Source: a phage
Sequence record: NC_103192.1
Reading direction: 5' to 3' (one strand)
DNA length: 64,000 bases
A program made the position numbers and the translations under genes. The notes under the pieces were generated by a model. It ran no database searches. It was not told where the DNA came from and saw only the letters and a list, made by a program, of their open reading frames with translations. Shown here piece by piece: positions 1 through 8,977 of the stretch; within the stretch, counting starts at the first letter, position 1, and every line of letters begins with the position of its first letter.

Positions 1-339
1 CGTGAGTTCCCTCAAGCATTGGCAGCTGACAAAGAGACCAGATATGGTTGCCTAAGTAAACTGGGTGCGTTCTCCCGCTGGGAGCACTTATCTCCGAGAG
101 GTATTGTCTACGGAATCAATCTGTATACTCAGTTCTACCCAGGACCTAATGCTGAATATTTCTCAATCCTGAAAGGCTTTGAGCTAGTCAATAAGGTATT
201 CAGTGGATCGACTTTACCATTCTACATCCCTAAGATCGGGTGCGGCATAGGCGGTTTGAAGTGGGAGCACGTAGAGGACGTTATTAACCTTGCCACTTTT
301 GATATAGATATTATCGTGGTGGAGTACAAAGAGTGTTGA
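1..339 (+). CDS. Macrodomain protein, TARG1/DarG-like (5' end lies outside window)
   Basis: Frame is open to the window edge; C-terminal motif YIPKIGCGIGGLKWEHV...DIDIIVVEY resembles, from memory, the TARG1/OARD1 macrodomain signature PRIGCGLDRLQWENV...ITVYTL. Confidence 0.45.
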   Translation, partial: REFPQALAADKETRYGCLSKLGAFSRWEHLSPRGIVYGINLYTQFYPGPNAEYFSILKGFELVNKVFSGSTLPFYIPKIGCGIGGLKWEHVEDVINLATFDIDIIVVEYKEC

Positions 340-590
340 CAGATATATTTTAAGGTGGTATAGTCACCACAACGATTAAGACAGAGGAGCACTATGGAGA
401 CTAAAATCTTAATTCTAGCTGTGATAGATACAACAGAAGGAGCCATGTTTGAATCTGCAGGAGGGTATTTCTACCTGCCCTACGGAAAAAGAACTTCCGA
501 GCCGAGTAAAGATTCAATCCTCAAAGTGTTCCCGTGTGCTTTCTGGCTGGAGATTCTGGTAGAAGATTGCAGAGGACTAGGGAGATAATT

Positions 591-785
591 ATGAGAAACA
601 AGAAAGAGCTTTACTCTGGTGAGTGGATAAACGATCAACAGGTAGGAGAGGTAACCTGCTTCCGGTGCTTTACTCGGTACAATCTTAAAACTGCACCAAA
701 AAGTGTTCCAAAGACTGATGGTTATTACATAAAAGAACCTCATTGCCCAAAATGTAAATGCCGATTGTACTGGAGCAATCTGTAA
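591..785 (+). CDS. Small zinc-ribbon protein (64 aa)
   Basis: ATG preceded by ggagataatt; two Cys pairs CFRC...CPKCKC; start moved inward from the 534 ORF. Confidence 0.5.
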   Translation: MRNKKELYSGEWINDQQVGEVTCFRCFTRYNLKTAPKSVPKTDGYYIKEPHCPKCKCRLYWSNL

Positions 786-848
786 GAGGTTGACATCTGA
801 AAACTGTAGTGTATAATATACGCATAAACTAACAGAGAGTGATGTATT

Positions 849-1040
849 ATGGTAATTTTTAACCGAGATGGTATCATAGTTAGACAGCACCCGTTCCTTG
901 AATACTATCAAATTGAGCAATGGTGTTATGGTGATTGCAGCCATTCTTATGGGCAAAGTTGGGGATATCGTACAGTTTTTGAATCAACAGACATTGATAA
1001 GGTAAGACAGAAAGTTTTAGAACTTATTAACAACAAGTGA
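849..1040 (+). CDS. Hypothetical early protein
   Basis: ORF with upstream gagagtga SD-like sequence; first gene of a tightly packed run. Confidence 0.45.
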   Translation: MVIFNRDGIIVRQHPFLEYYQIEQWCYGDCSHSYGQSWGYRTVFESTDIDKVRQKVLELINNK

Positions 1041-1047
1041 GTATGAT

Positions 1048-1380
1048 ATGGTAACATTAGAAAGACGTAAAGCTATCGCCGCCACACTGGCAGACATCTT
1101 TTGGGATTGCAACTTAAAAGATACCCGAAATTGTGGCGCATCTGTAGATGTATTATTCCCACGGCCCACCATTGTTGCAATGGGAAACCTGTTAAACGTG
1201 GTGTACGGAGCATGGGACAAAGAAGGTGGATTCTATATCTGGCAACCTGACTACGGGGCCTGGAAAGAGGTAAGGGGTGCGGATGACTTTGGGCCTACAG
1301 TTGCTAAGATGGATGGCTGGGAAATTTATGTTGGAAATGACATGAAGCTGAAAGGCGAGATTGTTTACTGGCTACCTTAA
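1048..1380 (+). CDS. Hypothetical early protein
   Basis: ORF 7 nt after the previous stop; no recognisable motif. Confidence 0.45.
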   Translation: MVTLERRKAIAATLADIFWDCNLKDTRNCGASVDVLFPRPTIVAMGNLLNVVYGAWDKEGGFYIWQPDYGAWKEVRGADDFGPTVAKMDGWEIYVGNDMKLKGEIVYWLP

Positions 1381-1389
1381 GGGTAAAGT

Positions 1390-1635
1390 ATGAACACAGA
1401 GTGGACATTTGTAGACGGCGTTAAAAACATGCCTCTTGGAAAGTATATCGTAGCCATGGCTGATAAGGATGGCAATGTGGATTTCGGAGCTTGCGAGGTT
1501 GTTCTTGCAGGATCTGGTAACTATGTGGACAAAACCGGGATAATTAACGGTCAGTTCTACTTTGATCACAACCCTGTTGTAGCGTATATGGCTATGCCAG
1601 AGTTTAAGTTCCCAAAGGAGGGTGCTGATGTTTAA
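1390..1635 (+). CDS. Hypothetical early protein
   Basis: ORF with aagggtaaag SD; no recognisable motif. Confidence 0.45.
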   Translation: MNTEWTFVDGVKNMPLGKYIVAMADKDGNVDFGACEVVLAGSGNYVDKTGIINGQFYFDHNPVVAYMAMPEFKFPKEGADV

Positions 1636-1825
1636 GCTTAAATCCGCATGGAACATTGCTGTGGGTGATGAGATCCGTATCCCAGGGGGAAAGACCATTA
1701 TGAAGATATCTCGTATCGAGTACGAAGGTGATCGTGTATTTCATATCTTTGCAGAAGATGGTCGAGAAATTTATATACAGGCAGGCTCTCACATCTATAT
1801 TCGTAAGAAAGGGGACGACAAATGA
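1622..1825 (+). CDS. Hypothetical early protein
   Basis: Start overlaps upstream gene; SD aaggaggg. Confidence 0.45.
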   Translation: MLMFKLKSAWNIAVGDEIRIPGGKTIMKISRIEYEGDRVFHIFAEDGREIYIQAGSHIYIRKKGDDK

Positions 1826-2151
1826 CAGAGATCATCGTTTCAACTGCAGGGTATGTATTCCTGACAATCATTGCACTGACTATTTTGGTGACAGTGTATG
1901 GGTTTGTTATCCTTCCTATCCTTGAGACATTTAGTTTGTGTCGGTGTTGGAGAAAAGCTTACGGTCCACAACCATGGAAGGACTGGCCCCACCTGGTGCG
2001 CTTAGCGTTCTCTTATGCTTACGATCACTCCAGCAGTGCATGCATAACCGGATACCACGCCCACAACTGGAGCTGGGAAGGGTTGAGGAAATGGAATGTT
2101 ACAAAGACCATACCTCTGCGCATGTACAAACCTAAAAACAAAGACAGCTGA
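1822..2151 (+). CDS. Hypothetical membrane protein
   Basis: ATGA start/stop overlap; N-terminal hydrophobic stretch VFLTIIALTILVTVYGFVILPIL. Confidence 0.45.
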   Translation: MTEIIVSTAGYVFLTIIALTILVTVYGFVILPILETFSLCRCWRKAYGPQPWKDWPHLVRLAFSYAYDHSSSACITGYHAHNWSWEGLRKWNVTKTIPLRMYKPKNKDS

Positions 2152-2454
2152 TACTTGAAAATTCCTGGCATATCAAGTATAAGGGGGATTTCTAAAATGG
2201 ATTTCCTCCTTTTGATATTTCACCAGGCTGGATATTTTAAAATCCTTAGAAAATCAGAAAATGGATCGAAAACTAAAATGGATTTTTTCAAGACAGGCAC
2301 GATAAGCTGCGCTGCTCATTCTATCATTCGCACCGTACTTCAAATCACAGTTCCAGATTTTCCACACACACTCTCGCCCATCTAACAGGACTTTCCCAAC
2401 TTACCTTCGACCTTTTATGACAATAAGTTAATTATTATCAGTAAGTTTTGATAC

Positions 2455-2650
2455 ATCTCTCTCAGTACTCGATCTGTTTTTCATTTCAAAGATTGGATTT
2501 TCTGAAAATTTTTCTCGATAAATTTCTCAGTACTCGATCTGTTTTTCGTTTTCTGAATTGGATTTTCTGGAAATCGTTCCAGCTCTCGACCTGAAATTTT
2601 TGGGGACGAAATCGATTTTTCGTTTTCAGAAATGGATTTTTAAAATTTCT
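2455..2650. repeat. Tandem direct repeats, about 65-bp unit (ctcagtactcgatctgtttttc...ttggattttctg), 2 good copies plus 1 degenerate
   Basis: Near-identical copies readable at about 2462-2520 and 2527-2585; non-coding. Confidence 0.7.
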
Positions 2651-2789
2651 ATATGGGAATATTTTAGTGGATACTATTTTATAGGAAATTGTTACGGAGG
2701 GTAATTAGCATGCTAACTAAATTTATTAAATGCGAAAAGTTCTCATTTAGAATTTTGAATGATAATCATTCTCGTTTGCAGAATAACGG

Positions 2790-3260
2790 GCACCCCCGGT
2801 GATTGTCTCCCGGCCCCTGTTGCCCCGGCTTGTTATTATAGTATCACACAGGACAAAGAAAGCAAAGACTTTTTGCATAAATTTTTAAATGATAATGATA
2901 ACCGTTCTCATTTTATGCAGCGCCCATCCCCGGTGGTTGTCTCCCCCGTCACCGGTGCCTGCCGTCCTTTCGATAGGTATATTGTGCCACCTGGCGGGGC
3001 CGCTGTCAACACTTTTCAAAAAAAAAAAATTCTAACCTGATGCGCTAACCGTTGCAACCTGGCGGGGCCAGCCTGGCAGGTCCGCGCTATAAAGTAAGCA
3101 GCTACAGAAGAGGTACAAAAATGAAAAGTAATATAATCCCCTGGAAAATGTAGCGATCAATGCCGCTGAAGTTATCGCCCTGGTTGAAAAGGCTATGGCG
3201 GGAGCGTTGGAACATAAAGAAGAGTACGAAAAAATGGTGGTTAACCTGGCGGGGGGCGGC
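2790..3260. repeat. GC-rich repeated motifs (CCGGTGRTTGTCTCCC x2; ACCTGGCGGGG x3) in a non-coding tract
   Basis: Motif copies at about 2796, 2929, 2988, 3055, 3243; GC content far above flanking sequence. Confidence 0.6.
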
Positions 3261-3297
3261 AGGTGGATTCTATCATAAAAATAATTTAAAATAGTCG

Positions 3298-3327
3298 TTG
3301 ACAACAAGGTTAATCATGGTATTATTA
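3298..3327 (+). promoter_or_regulatory. Sigma70-like promoter
   Basis: TTGACA, 17-nt spacer, TATTAT-like -10, about 50 nt upstream of the 3377 gene. Confidence 0.5.
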
Positions 3328-3376
3328 CCCTACAAGGTGAACAACACCACACTAATTAACAGAGAGGATAAAAATC

Positions 3377-3574
3377 ATGAACGCCTACGGAATTAAAGTA
3401 CGTCGCAACACTCGCCAGGTGGTCACCGATCAAATGGTTTGCCGGGTGGATGTAACCATCAACAACGGGCAAGGCCTTTATAAATTCTGTCGCGGTCAGA
3501 GCTATACCCTGCAACAGCTTAATCGTTGCGCCCTGACAAAAGGTCAGATCAACCACTGGTTTAATAAAAAATAA
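3377..3574 (+). CDS. Hypothetical early protein
   Basis: SD agagaggat upstream of ATG; own promoter. Confidence 0.5.
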   Translation: MNAYGIKVRRNTRQVVTDQMVCRVDVTINNGQGLYKFCRGQSYTLQQLNRCALTKGQINHWFNKK

Positions 3575-3577
3575 ATA

Positions 3578-3606
3578 TTGACATGTAGTCTGAAACAAAA
3601 CATACT
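3578..3606 (+). promoter_or_regulatory. Sigma70-like promoter
   Basis: TTGACA, 17 nt, CATACT upstream of the 3639 gene. Confidence 0.5.
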
Positions 3607-3638
3607 GAAAGCACAAAAGGCACTAAGAGGATAAAATC

Positions 3639-4037
3639 ATGAAAACCACAACCTTTAATTTTGACAATGCTGACTTCTCTTTTTCTGATGTTAAAAGCTG
3701 CCGCCGTGATCGCGGATTCTACAAGGCCTATAATCTGGTTGGCCTGGACGATGATAATAATTTGCACGAAGTAGCGGAGATCCGGTACTATGCCGCCGCC
3801 AGCGGTAACACTCACTACTGCGTTTTTTGGATACACGACAACAAGAACAATAAGTACGGTTATACTGGCGGCAAGGCGAGCGGTCACGGTTATGATAAAG
3901 CTAACGCAGCACTTGAGAGCGCATTAAATGCTATGGGGATCACTGCCGACGGCTGGATCTACGAAGAAGGGTTTTTGTCGGCACTTGCTGACCACCTAGG
4001 CTATAAAAAGCACATTGTAACATGTGCCCACGAATAA
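3639..4037 (+). CDS. Hypothetical early protein
   Basis: SD aagaggat; 132 aa. Confidence 0.5.
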   Translation: MKTTTFNFDNADFSFSDVKSCRRDRGFYKAYNLVGLDDDNNLHEVAEIRYYAAASGNTHYCVFWIHDNKNNKYGYTGGKASGHGYDKANAALESALNAMGITADGWIYEEGFLSALADHLGYKKHIVTCAHE

Positions 4038-4125
4038 AAAAAAAAATTATTGACACGCTGCAAAATTCAAGTAAACTATGCACAAAAGGCGGGAATGTTT
4101 CCCGCCAACACAAAGGAAAAAGATC

Positions 4126-4521
4126 ATGAATAAGAACGTACGCCGCATCATGAACGAACTGGCAAACGATGAAAAAATTATTGACATGCATTTAGTCAAC
4201 ATTTGCCGCCGTTGTGTAACATATAACAACCGCGCCGCAAAAGCGCGTGAGATGAACGCAAAAGGCACCTTAAAGCCCTTTCAGGTGGTTGTAAAATCTA
4301 TAACTAATGCAGCAGGCCAGGCGCATGACCACAACAACGAGAGCGCTAATATTGATCCGTCTTACGTAATGAAACGGATCCGGACTTGCAAGAATAAAGA
4401 GCAGGTGTATAACGTCATAGATTGGCTGGACTCCCTGGGCGATGTGGTTTACAATAGGTTTTCTGCAGCTATCGAGATCCAGCTTGACAGATTGGACGGG
4501 AAAGTACTAAAAACTTATTGA
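4126..4521 (+). CDS. Hypothetical early protein
   Basis: Start moved to the ATG after SD aaggaaaaag; leader has GC hairpin ggcgggaatgtttcccgcc. Confidence 0.5.
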   Translation: MNKNVRRIMNELANDEKIIDMHLVNICRRCVTYNNRAAKAREMNAKGTLKPFQVVVKSITNAAGQAHDHNNESANIDPSYVMKRIRTCKNKEQVYNVIDWLDSLGDVVYNRFSAAIEIQLDRLDGKVLKTY

Positions 4522-4568
4522 GTTTATTTTTAGATGGCCTTGACACCAGGGCCATCAATAAAGTAAAC
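4521..4568 (+). promoter_or_regulatory. Repeated promoter element with -35 TTGACA in the loop of a GATGGCC/GGCCATC hairpin (copy 1)
   Basis: 48-nt element aatttatttttagatggccttgacaccagggccatcaataaagtaaac; near-identical copies at 5151 and 8887. Confidence 0.55.
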
Positions 4569-4600
4569 TAATCTCAGTTAGGCTAAAAGGAGGCTTGAAG

Positions 4601-4720
4601 ATGAGCACTACACGCCAGCACACAAAGGTAACCATCATCGTTTGCATCATTGGTTACATCCTGGCGCAAATGTTGATGGGTAGCGCCAATGATTTCGCAA
4701 AATTTTTCTTAAACTTCTAA
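4601..4720 (+). CDS. Small hydrophobic peptide (39 aa)
   Basis: Strong SD aaaggagg; predicted single TM helix VTIIVCIIGYILAQMLM; below the ORF-track size cutoff. Confidence 0.4.
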   Translation: MSTTRQHTKVTIIVCIIGYILAQMLMGSANDFAKFFLNF

Positions 4721-4800
4721 TTGACAAGCTAACTTAAATCAGTATAATACTAAGCACATAAACGGGAAAACTTCCCAGAACACCAAAAGGAGAAAACATT

Positions 4801-5151
4801 ATGAATACTTCCATCACTATGACCGCCGAAGAAAAAGCCCTGCAGATCGCCGCTCTGAAAAAACAGATTGCAGAACTTGAAGACAAGATCGACAATTTTG
4901 AAATCGACGAAGACAAACACGACGATAAATATGATGAATGGTTAGACGAGATCTACGGCGAAATCATGATCGGAAACATTTCTTTTCTTCCGTCGCGTAT
5001 CCTCAAGGAGCTAGATCCTATCGCTTACCGCTGCGGATTTAGCGACTACATCGACAGCCTAGATATTGAGGACGATGAAGAATACCAGGAATTGCAGACA
5101 GAGCTCGAAGAAGTGAAAGAGGAGCTTTCAGAGCTGGAAGAAAACGAGTAA
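4801..5151 (+). CDS. Hypothetical acidic protein
   Basis: SD aaaaggagaaaac; leader hairpin; very acidic, heptad-like C-terminal half. Confidence 0.5.
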   Translation: MNTSITMTAEEKALQIAALKKQIAELEDKIDNFEIDEDKHDDKYDEWLDEIYGEIMIGNISFLPSRILKELDPIAYRCGFSDYIDSLDIEDDEEYQELQTELEEVKEELSELEENE

Positions 5152-5198
5152 ATTTATTTTTAGATGGCCTTGACACCAGGGCCATCAATAAAGTAAAC
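5151..5198 (+). promoter_or_regulatory. Repeated hairpin-promoter element (copy 2)
   Basis: Same 48-nt element as at 4521. Confidence 0.55.
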
Positions 5199-5240
5199 TT
5201 TATACTGTTAACACTTAACCAATACAGAGGAGTTAAAACC

Positions 5241-5486
5241 ATGGCCGCACTAATTACCAAATATTATGCCCCTACCAACACCAAAAGCGCCCGTATCATG
5301 GTAAAAGGCTTCGGACGTAAAAAGGTGTACACCTGGGATTATTCCCTAGACATGGAAGACAACTACACCAACGCGATGACAGATTTTATTAATGAGCTGA
5401 ACACGCGGATCTTGACAAATTATAAAATTACCGATATTGCCTATGTAGGGGAAGGCGGGATCTGTTTTGTCGGTATCGTCAAATAA
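5241..5486 (+). CDS. Hypothetical early protein
   Basis: SD agaggag upstream of ATG. Confidence 0.5.
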   Translation: MAALITKYYAPTNTKSARIMVKGFGRKKVYTWDYSLDMEDNYTNAMTDFINELNTRILTNYKITDIAYVGEGGICFVGIVK

Positions 5487-5562
5487 ACTGTTTTTTCGGT
5501 GGTCCTGGTAGCAGGGCCATCTATAAAGATAGTTTATCAACACAATGAAAGGAGAAAGTAAC

Positions 5563-5910
5563 ATGATCAGCGGGGCAAGTTTTATTATTGGCGCTATTGC
5601 TACGGCTTTAATTGTAAACAAGATCCAGGATAAAAAGGAAAGTACCGCCCTTGCAGAATATCCATTTTGGACATTCAACGATAATGAAGATTATATTGTA
5701 AAGTATAAAAATAAAGAAGGTGACCAAGTAACACCGCGACCGATCCCGGCTTACAAAATGCAGGAAACACTGTACCGCCTGGAAGCGGGGGGCGCAAAAA
5801 TTGTAGACTTTTGGGGATACGATCACACAGATCAGGAAGTTATAAAGCGCCGTATCCGGGCTATTCAGGCCAATATCGAAGTTAGTAAGGGGGGAATATA
5901 TGAAGATTAA
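5563..5910 (+). CDS. Hypothetical membrane protein
   Basis: Start moved to the ATG after SD aaaggagaaag; N-terminal TM segment ISGASFIIGAIATALIV. Confidence 0.45.
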   Translation: MISGASFIIGAIATALIVNKIQDKKESTALAEYPFWTFNDNEDYIVKYKNKEGDQVTPRPIPAYKMQETLYRLEAGGAKIVDFWGYDHTDQEVIKRRIRAIQANIEVSKGGIYED

Positions 5911-6097
5911 TTTTGAAAAGATTGTAAAGCGATCTCATGATTCCGAAGAGCTGCCGGAACGCCGCCAGCGTAACAATAAACTGAATAAGCCAAAAAGATT
6001 TGGGAAGATCTGGCGGAATCATTATGATCGCAAATTACCGGGCCTGCTTTTGGAACGTGAACGACAGGCGGAACGATACCGCCACAAAGGCAAATAA
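5900..6097 (+). CDS. Hypothetical basic protein
   Basis: Overlaps upstream gene; Arg/Lys-rich. Confidence 0.4.
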   Translation: MKINFEKIVKRSHDSEELPERRQRNNKLNKPKRFGKIWRNHYDRKLPGLLLERERQAERYRHKGK

Positions 6098-6105
6098 CAA
6101 CCAAC

Positions 6106-6133
6106 GCCCCGCCATTGTGCGGGGCTTTTTATT
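6106..6133 (+). terminator. Rho-independent terminator
   Basis: gccccgccattgtgcggggc hairpin followed by a T-run. Confidence 0.6.
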
Positions 6134-6278
6134 TCTATCCTACGAATAGCGCCCCTGGTTGGCCCCACAAACGCCACAAAAGCCCCTACCTATGCAATCC
6201 CCTTTCTTAATCTGAAAACATCACCCAGGGCCGTTTTATGGCGTTAAAAATATTATTGACAGTTATTTTATTTAAAGC

Positions 6279-6307
6279 TTGACACCTTGGAATAGTCCGG
6301 ATATACT
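6279..6307 (+). promoter_or_regulatory. Sigma70-like promoter
   Basis: TTGACA, 17 nt, TATACT. Confidence 0.5.
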
Positions 6308-6342
6308 AGCCACATCAAAGCAAGAAGGAAGGAGTAAACGCC

Positions 6343-6603
6343 ATGCGTAAATTGAAAAATTTTGATAAGGTCGATGCAGTACTAAATAATTTTTACTACT
6401 GCAATAATAAAGCCGTTTGGTGGCGTGATAGTTCCACCGATAAAGTTAAAGCGCGCTTTCTCCAGGGGCACTGGCAAGGCCGCCCAGTGATTAAAATCTT
6501 GGGGCAATTGGTAGCGTTTAAAAATTGCCGCCGTGTTGATGACGTTGAAGAGATTTTAAACATTTTGCGCCACAATAATTTAAAAAATAGTGTTGACAAG
6601 TAA
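6343..6603 (+). CDS. Hypothetical early protein
   Basis: SD aaggaaggag. Confidence 0.5.
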   Translation: MRKLKNFDKVDAVLNNFYYCNNKAVWWRDSSTDKVKARFLQGHWQGRPVIKILGQLVAFKNCRRVDDVEEILNILRHNNLKNSVDK

Positions 6604-6675
6604 GTATCAATAAGTATACTTAAACACAGGCGGGAAAACTTCCCGCCACTAACAAAGAAAATAGGAGAAAATATC

Positions 6676-7299
6676 ATGACCACCGTTAACATTACCACAG
6701 GTTACAATTTAGCTTTCGACGTGCTGACCGACGAACAAAAAGAAAAAGCCGTTGAAATGGTCCGAGAAAGAGAAGAACACAGCGGGGATAACTTTTTTGC
6801 AGAAAGTGTAATTGAAGACTATAAAGAATATGTCTTTCCAGAGTATGGCCTTGAAGATACCAAGGTACATTGGTCCGGCTTTTGGTGTCAGGGTGACGGC
6901 GCGTCAATCAGTGCGGAAAACGTGGATTTAGAAAAATTCTTGCGTAAAGTCAAGTCTCTGACTAAATTTCGCTCAATTCGTCACTTGTTCGGCACAATGC
7001 ACGATGGCGAACTATCCGCAAGTGTTGAGCGTGATCCATATAGCCGCTATAGCCACGAAAACACTGTAAACGGGTACATCGATACTACATGGCTAGACCT
7101 GACCGCCAAACAAGAAGATAAAGTGGAAGATTTGGAAGAACTGATCACCGAGACGGTACGGGAGCTATCCCGCAAGGTTTACGTAGACTTGGAAGCGGCC
7201 TATTTGGAGCAATTCACATCTGAAAACCTGATCAACCTTATTAAGGACAATGATTGGCGGTTTGATGTAGATGAACATGGCGAGATGACTTTTTCATAA
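6676..7299 (+). CDS. Hypothetical early protein (207 aa)
   Basis: SD aataggag; leader GC hairpin ggcgggaaaacttcccgcc. Confidence 0.5.
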   Translation: MTTVNITTGYNLAFDVLTDEQKEKAVEMVREREEHSGDNFFAESVIEDYKEYVFPEYGLEDTKVHWSGFWCQGDGASISAENVDLEKFLRKVKSLTKFRSIRHLFGTMHDGELSASVERDPYSRYSHENTVNGYIDTTWLDLTAKQEDKVEDLEELITETVRELSRKVYVDLEAAYLEQFTSENLINLIKDNDWRFDVDEHGEMTFS

Positions 7300-7388
7300 A
7301 TAAAGTGTTGCAATAACCTAAAAACCTGCTATATTAAAACTCAAGGGGGCAAGACGTTTGCCCCACACAAAACAAAGAGGAAAACATT

Positions 7389-7769
7389 ATGAAAAACACT
7401 ACTAAAGCTATTGACACCGTTATGTTTAACCTGGTTACCTTTCGCGAGGATATGAAAGATCTTCCACGTGAAACAGTGTGCGATCACATTGAAAACTATC
7501 GCAAACTAATCAAAGAGTTGCCTTTAAAACGTGACCAGTATGCGGCTAACGCTATGCTCAACGCCATGATCAAAAAGATGATTCAGTGTGATTTAACCCT
7601 GGCCTATGATTATGCAGGTGGTCGTTTTGCAGTATATAATCAGCCCGTGCCTGGTATGGGCACCACCGAAGAATTGCACGCGCTCAATCTAAAACAAGAC
7701 GTGTGGGATAGTATGCCTCGCGTGGTGGTGTGGGCAGAAAGCGGAAAGATTTACGGCGATAATTTTTAA
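7389..7769 (+). CDS. Hypothetical early protein
   Basis: SD aaagagg; leader hairpin gggggcaagacgtttgcccc. Confidence 0.5.
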   Translation: MKNTTKAIDTVMFNLVTFREDMKDLPRETVCDHIENYRKLIKELPLKRDQYAANAMLNAMIKKMIQCDLTLAYDYAGGRFAVYNQPVPGMGTTEELHALNLKQDVWDSMPRVVVWAESGKIYGDNF

Positions 7770-7780
7770 TCAAGAACAGA

Positions 7781-7806
7781 CGGCGGCATATTTGCCGCCT
7801 TATTGT
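7781..7806 (+). terminator. Rho-independent terminator
   Basis: cggcggcatatttgccgcc hairpin followed by ttatt. Confidence 0.55.
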
Positions 7807-7835
7807 TAAACAGAACTGCAAAAGAGGTACATAGA

Positions 7836-8207
7836 ATGGAATTTATTATTTTGGCTGTATTAGTTGCCTTGTTTAACGCCTGGATCGCTGGCAAGATGGG
7901 TAGATCCGCCTTTTTATGGTTTATTATATCTATTTTCCTGGGGGTGGTTGCAACTATTGTATTAGTTATCCTTGCAATTGTTGACAAGGGCGATAATAGA
8001 AAGGGTAAAGTATTTTCAGACCTGTACGACGCTCAAACGTTTGTCAACGCATATTATAGTGATCTTCCAGTCTCCCTACGCTGCAGCCTGGCACAACAAG
8101 TTTTCGATGAGGCTAAAACCAGAGATCAAGCCCATGAGATATGTTTAACTGAGGCGGATCGCCTATTTGAGAGGAATAGAAAATATGTGGGCCAACCGTT
8201 TAAATAA
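7836..8207 (+). CDS. Hypothetical membrane protein
   Basis: Two predicted TM segments (IILAVLVALFNAWIA; FLWFIISIFLGVVATIVLVILAIV). Confidence 0.45.
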   Translation: MEFIILAVLVALFNAWIAGKMGRSAFLWFIISIFLGVVATIVLVILAIVDKGDNRKGKVFSDLYDAQTFVNAYYSDLPVSLRCSLAQQVFDEAKTRDQAHEICLTEADRLFERNRKYVGQPFK

Positions 8208-8430
8208 TGCCACGTTAATTAATCCCTTTAGTGAAGATTTGAAGCCAGCCGCCTGGCGTGATGGATTCAATACCGAACGCTTTATTTTCAGGCCTGATCT
8301 TGAGGAATTTTATAACAATGGATCGAACAACGACAGAGATAATTTTTCTTGTGATGTGCGTAGTGATGGTACTCCTGGGGGCCATTGTAAACCACGTCAC
8401 TACTACCAGGAGGAAAGGGGGAGACGATGA
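8185..8430 (+). CDS. Hypothetical early protein
   Basis: ORF overlapping upstream gene; start is a guess. Confidence 0.35.
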   Translation: MWANRLNNATLINPFSEDLKPAAWRDGFNTERFIFRPDLEEFYNNGSNNDRDNFSCDVRSDGTPGGHCKPRHYYQEERGRR

Positions 8431-8546
8431 CACCCAAGGATAAGCCACGCACCGATAAGGCGCGCCGTGTTATGGTGTGGCTGGAGATCATCGCCCTTGA
8501 AATATTGTTAGGCGTAGGGATGTACTTTATCGCTATAAGTAACTAA
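8427..8546 (+). CDS. Small membrane peptide (39 aa)
   Basis: ATGA overlap with upstream gene; SD ggaggaaaggggg; C-terminal TM; terminator directly downstream. Confidence 0.4.
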   Translation: MTPKDKPRTDKARRVMVWLEIIALEILLGVGMYFIAISN

Positions 8547-8547
8547 G

Positions 8548-8580
8548 AACGGCCCCCGATCATGGGGCTTATCTTTTTAA
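8548..8580 (+). terminator. Rho-independent terminator
   Basis: ggcccccgatcatggggc hairpin followed by a T-run. Confidence 0.55.
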
Positions 8581-8685
8581 AAAATTTTTCTTCTAGGGTG
8601 TTGCAATCCGGTCCGAGATGTGGATAATGACAATCAACGGGGAGCCAATCCCCACCAACACAAAAAACCAGAAAGGAGAAACAAA

Positions 8686-8886
8686 ATGAGCAACAATATC
8701 CGCGTTATTAACTTCAAAAAAGAAGAAAAAATTGCCGTGCTGATTGACGGTCAAGAAATCTTCAAGGGCGATTATGAAGATCATCAAACGGCGATTAGTA
8801 TCACTCGCGTGATCGGTTACCATAATTTCTACCCCCAAGGCGCTGAGGCAGCAGTTAAACGAATCAAAGAGATTGTAGGCCTGTAA
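8686..8886 (+). CDS. Hypothetical early protein
   Basis: SD aaaggag; leader hairpin ggggagccaatcccc plus CA-rich linker. Confidence 0.5.
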   Translation: MSNNIRVINFKKEEKIAVLIDGQEIFKGDYEDHQTAISITRVIGYHNFYPQGAEAAVKRIKEIVGL

Positions 8887-8935
8887 AATTTATTTTTAGA
8901 TGGCCTTGACATCAGGGCCATCAATAAAGTAAATT
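8887..8935 (+). promoter_or_regulatory. Repeated hairpin-promoter element (copy 3)
   Basis: Same 48-nt element as at 4521 and 5151, with one C-to-T change in the loop. Confidence 0.55.
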
Positions 8936-8977
8936 TAAACCCTGTTAAAATAATCAGTGCAAAAAGGAGTAATGATC

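Noticed and set aside
2455-2650. Possible CRISPR array or minisatellite
   Set aside because: Units are about 65 bp and directly abutting without unique spacers; only 2-3 copies.
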